From positions 1-44,093 of the IMG/VR virus record IMGVR_UViG_3300020598_000100: DNA of 44,093 bases, one strand, 5' to 3'. This document shows, piece after piece, positions 43,743-44,093 of this stretch. This DNA is from a virus. Lineage: Duplodnaviria > Caudoviricetes. The notes beneath the pieces were generated by a model. That model made no database searches. It worked only from the letters and a program-made list of their open reading frames with translations, and was not told the DNA's origin. Each line of letters starts with the position of its first letter. Within the stretch, counting starts at the first letter, position 1. A program made the translations under genes and the position numbers.

Positions 43743-44093
43743 CTATCTGGGCCGGCCAGCCCGTTCCCGCTGCCGTTGTGCGCGGGCCTCGGCCTCATCC
43801 CGCAACTTCCAAGCATACTCCAAGTCGGCCTCTGTCAGTGTCGGCAGGAACTTCTCCCACGCCGCCTTGAAGGCCGTCTTGGCCTCGTCGAAGGTCGGGG
43901 TCATGCCATAGTGACGGTGGCCGACAGGGACCGGCAGGTTAATGCCCCACCACCACTGCGGCGGAACTGTCTGGATCGCTAGGTGGATCCGGCCGATGTC
44001 CCGGCCACGCCAGCGAACGTCGTAGTCGTCCTCGCAAACCGTGCCAGCGATGACGGTGCGGCGGAGGGTGAGGCCGGTGGGCAATGCTTTCAT
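43743..44093 (-). CDS. Hypothetical protein
   Basis: DDYDV...IGRI...WWWGI...FDEAKTAFKAAW; typical codon usage. Confidence 0.7.
   Translation of the reverse strand: MKALPTGLTLRRTVIAGTVCEDDYDVRWRGRDIGRIHLAIQTVPPQWWWGINLPVPVGHRHYGMTPTFDEAKTAFKAAWEKFLPTLTEADLEYAWKLRDEAEARAQRQRERAGRPR

Larger units (their letters stand above)
1..44093. mobile_element. Temperate prophage (lambda-like head, P2-like contractile tail); exact att boundaries not visible
   Basis: Integrase, immunity, replication, packaging, head, tail and lysis modules in canonical order across the window. Confidence 0.95.

Noticed and set aside
43120-43911. 263-aa plus-strand ORF at the right end
   Set aside because: Overlaps two better-supported minus-strand genes; low-complexity Arg/Ser/Pro composition
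41562-44093. attR core
   Set aside because: No repeat shared with the left end was found; both att sites probably lie outside the window

Overview
The whole window is a GC-rich temperate prophage of an alphaproteobacterium (probably Hyphomicrobiales; inferred from gene families and promoter motifs). Left to right: tyrosine integrase and excisionase; a leftward early operon (DUF5131/Gp37-Gp68 radical-SAM-like gene, MazG-like gene, small ORFs); two opposite-strand membrane-protein morons; a cI/cro switch with six 17-bp operator-like sites; a rightward early operon (CII-like, ParB-like/MT-A70 fusion, cupin, C5 cytosine methyltransferase, replication initiator with iterons, NusG paralog). Next come a terminator-rich intergenic region containing an mmgR/suhB-family small RNA, a lambda-like cos/terminase/portal head module, a P2-like contractile tail with a programmed -1 frameshift, a lysis cassette, and a right-end accessory module with general-stress (EcfG-type) promoters. 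Core genes look intact; three accessory genes carry lesions. No att core, tRNA, CRISPR array or reverse transcriptase was seen. The least explained signals are RNA-level: the phage-borne mmgR-like sRNA within the late attenuator, a cloverleaf-like structure hidden in-frame in the MT-A70 gene, a pseudoknot before a capsid gene with a signal-peptide-like leader, and coupled 'bridge' ORFs spanning antisense morons. All calls are by eye; no searches were run.
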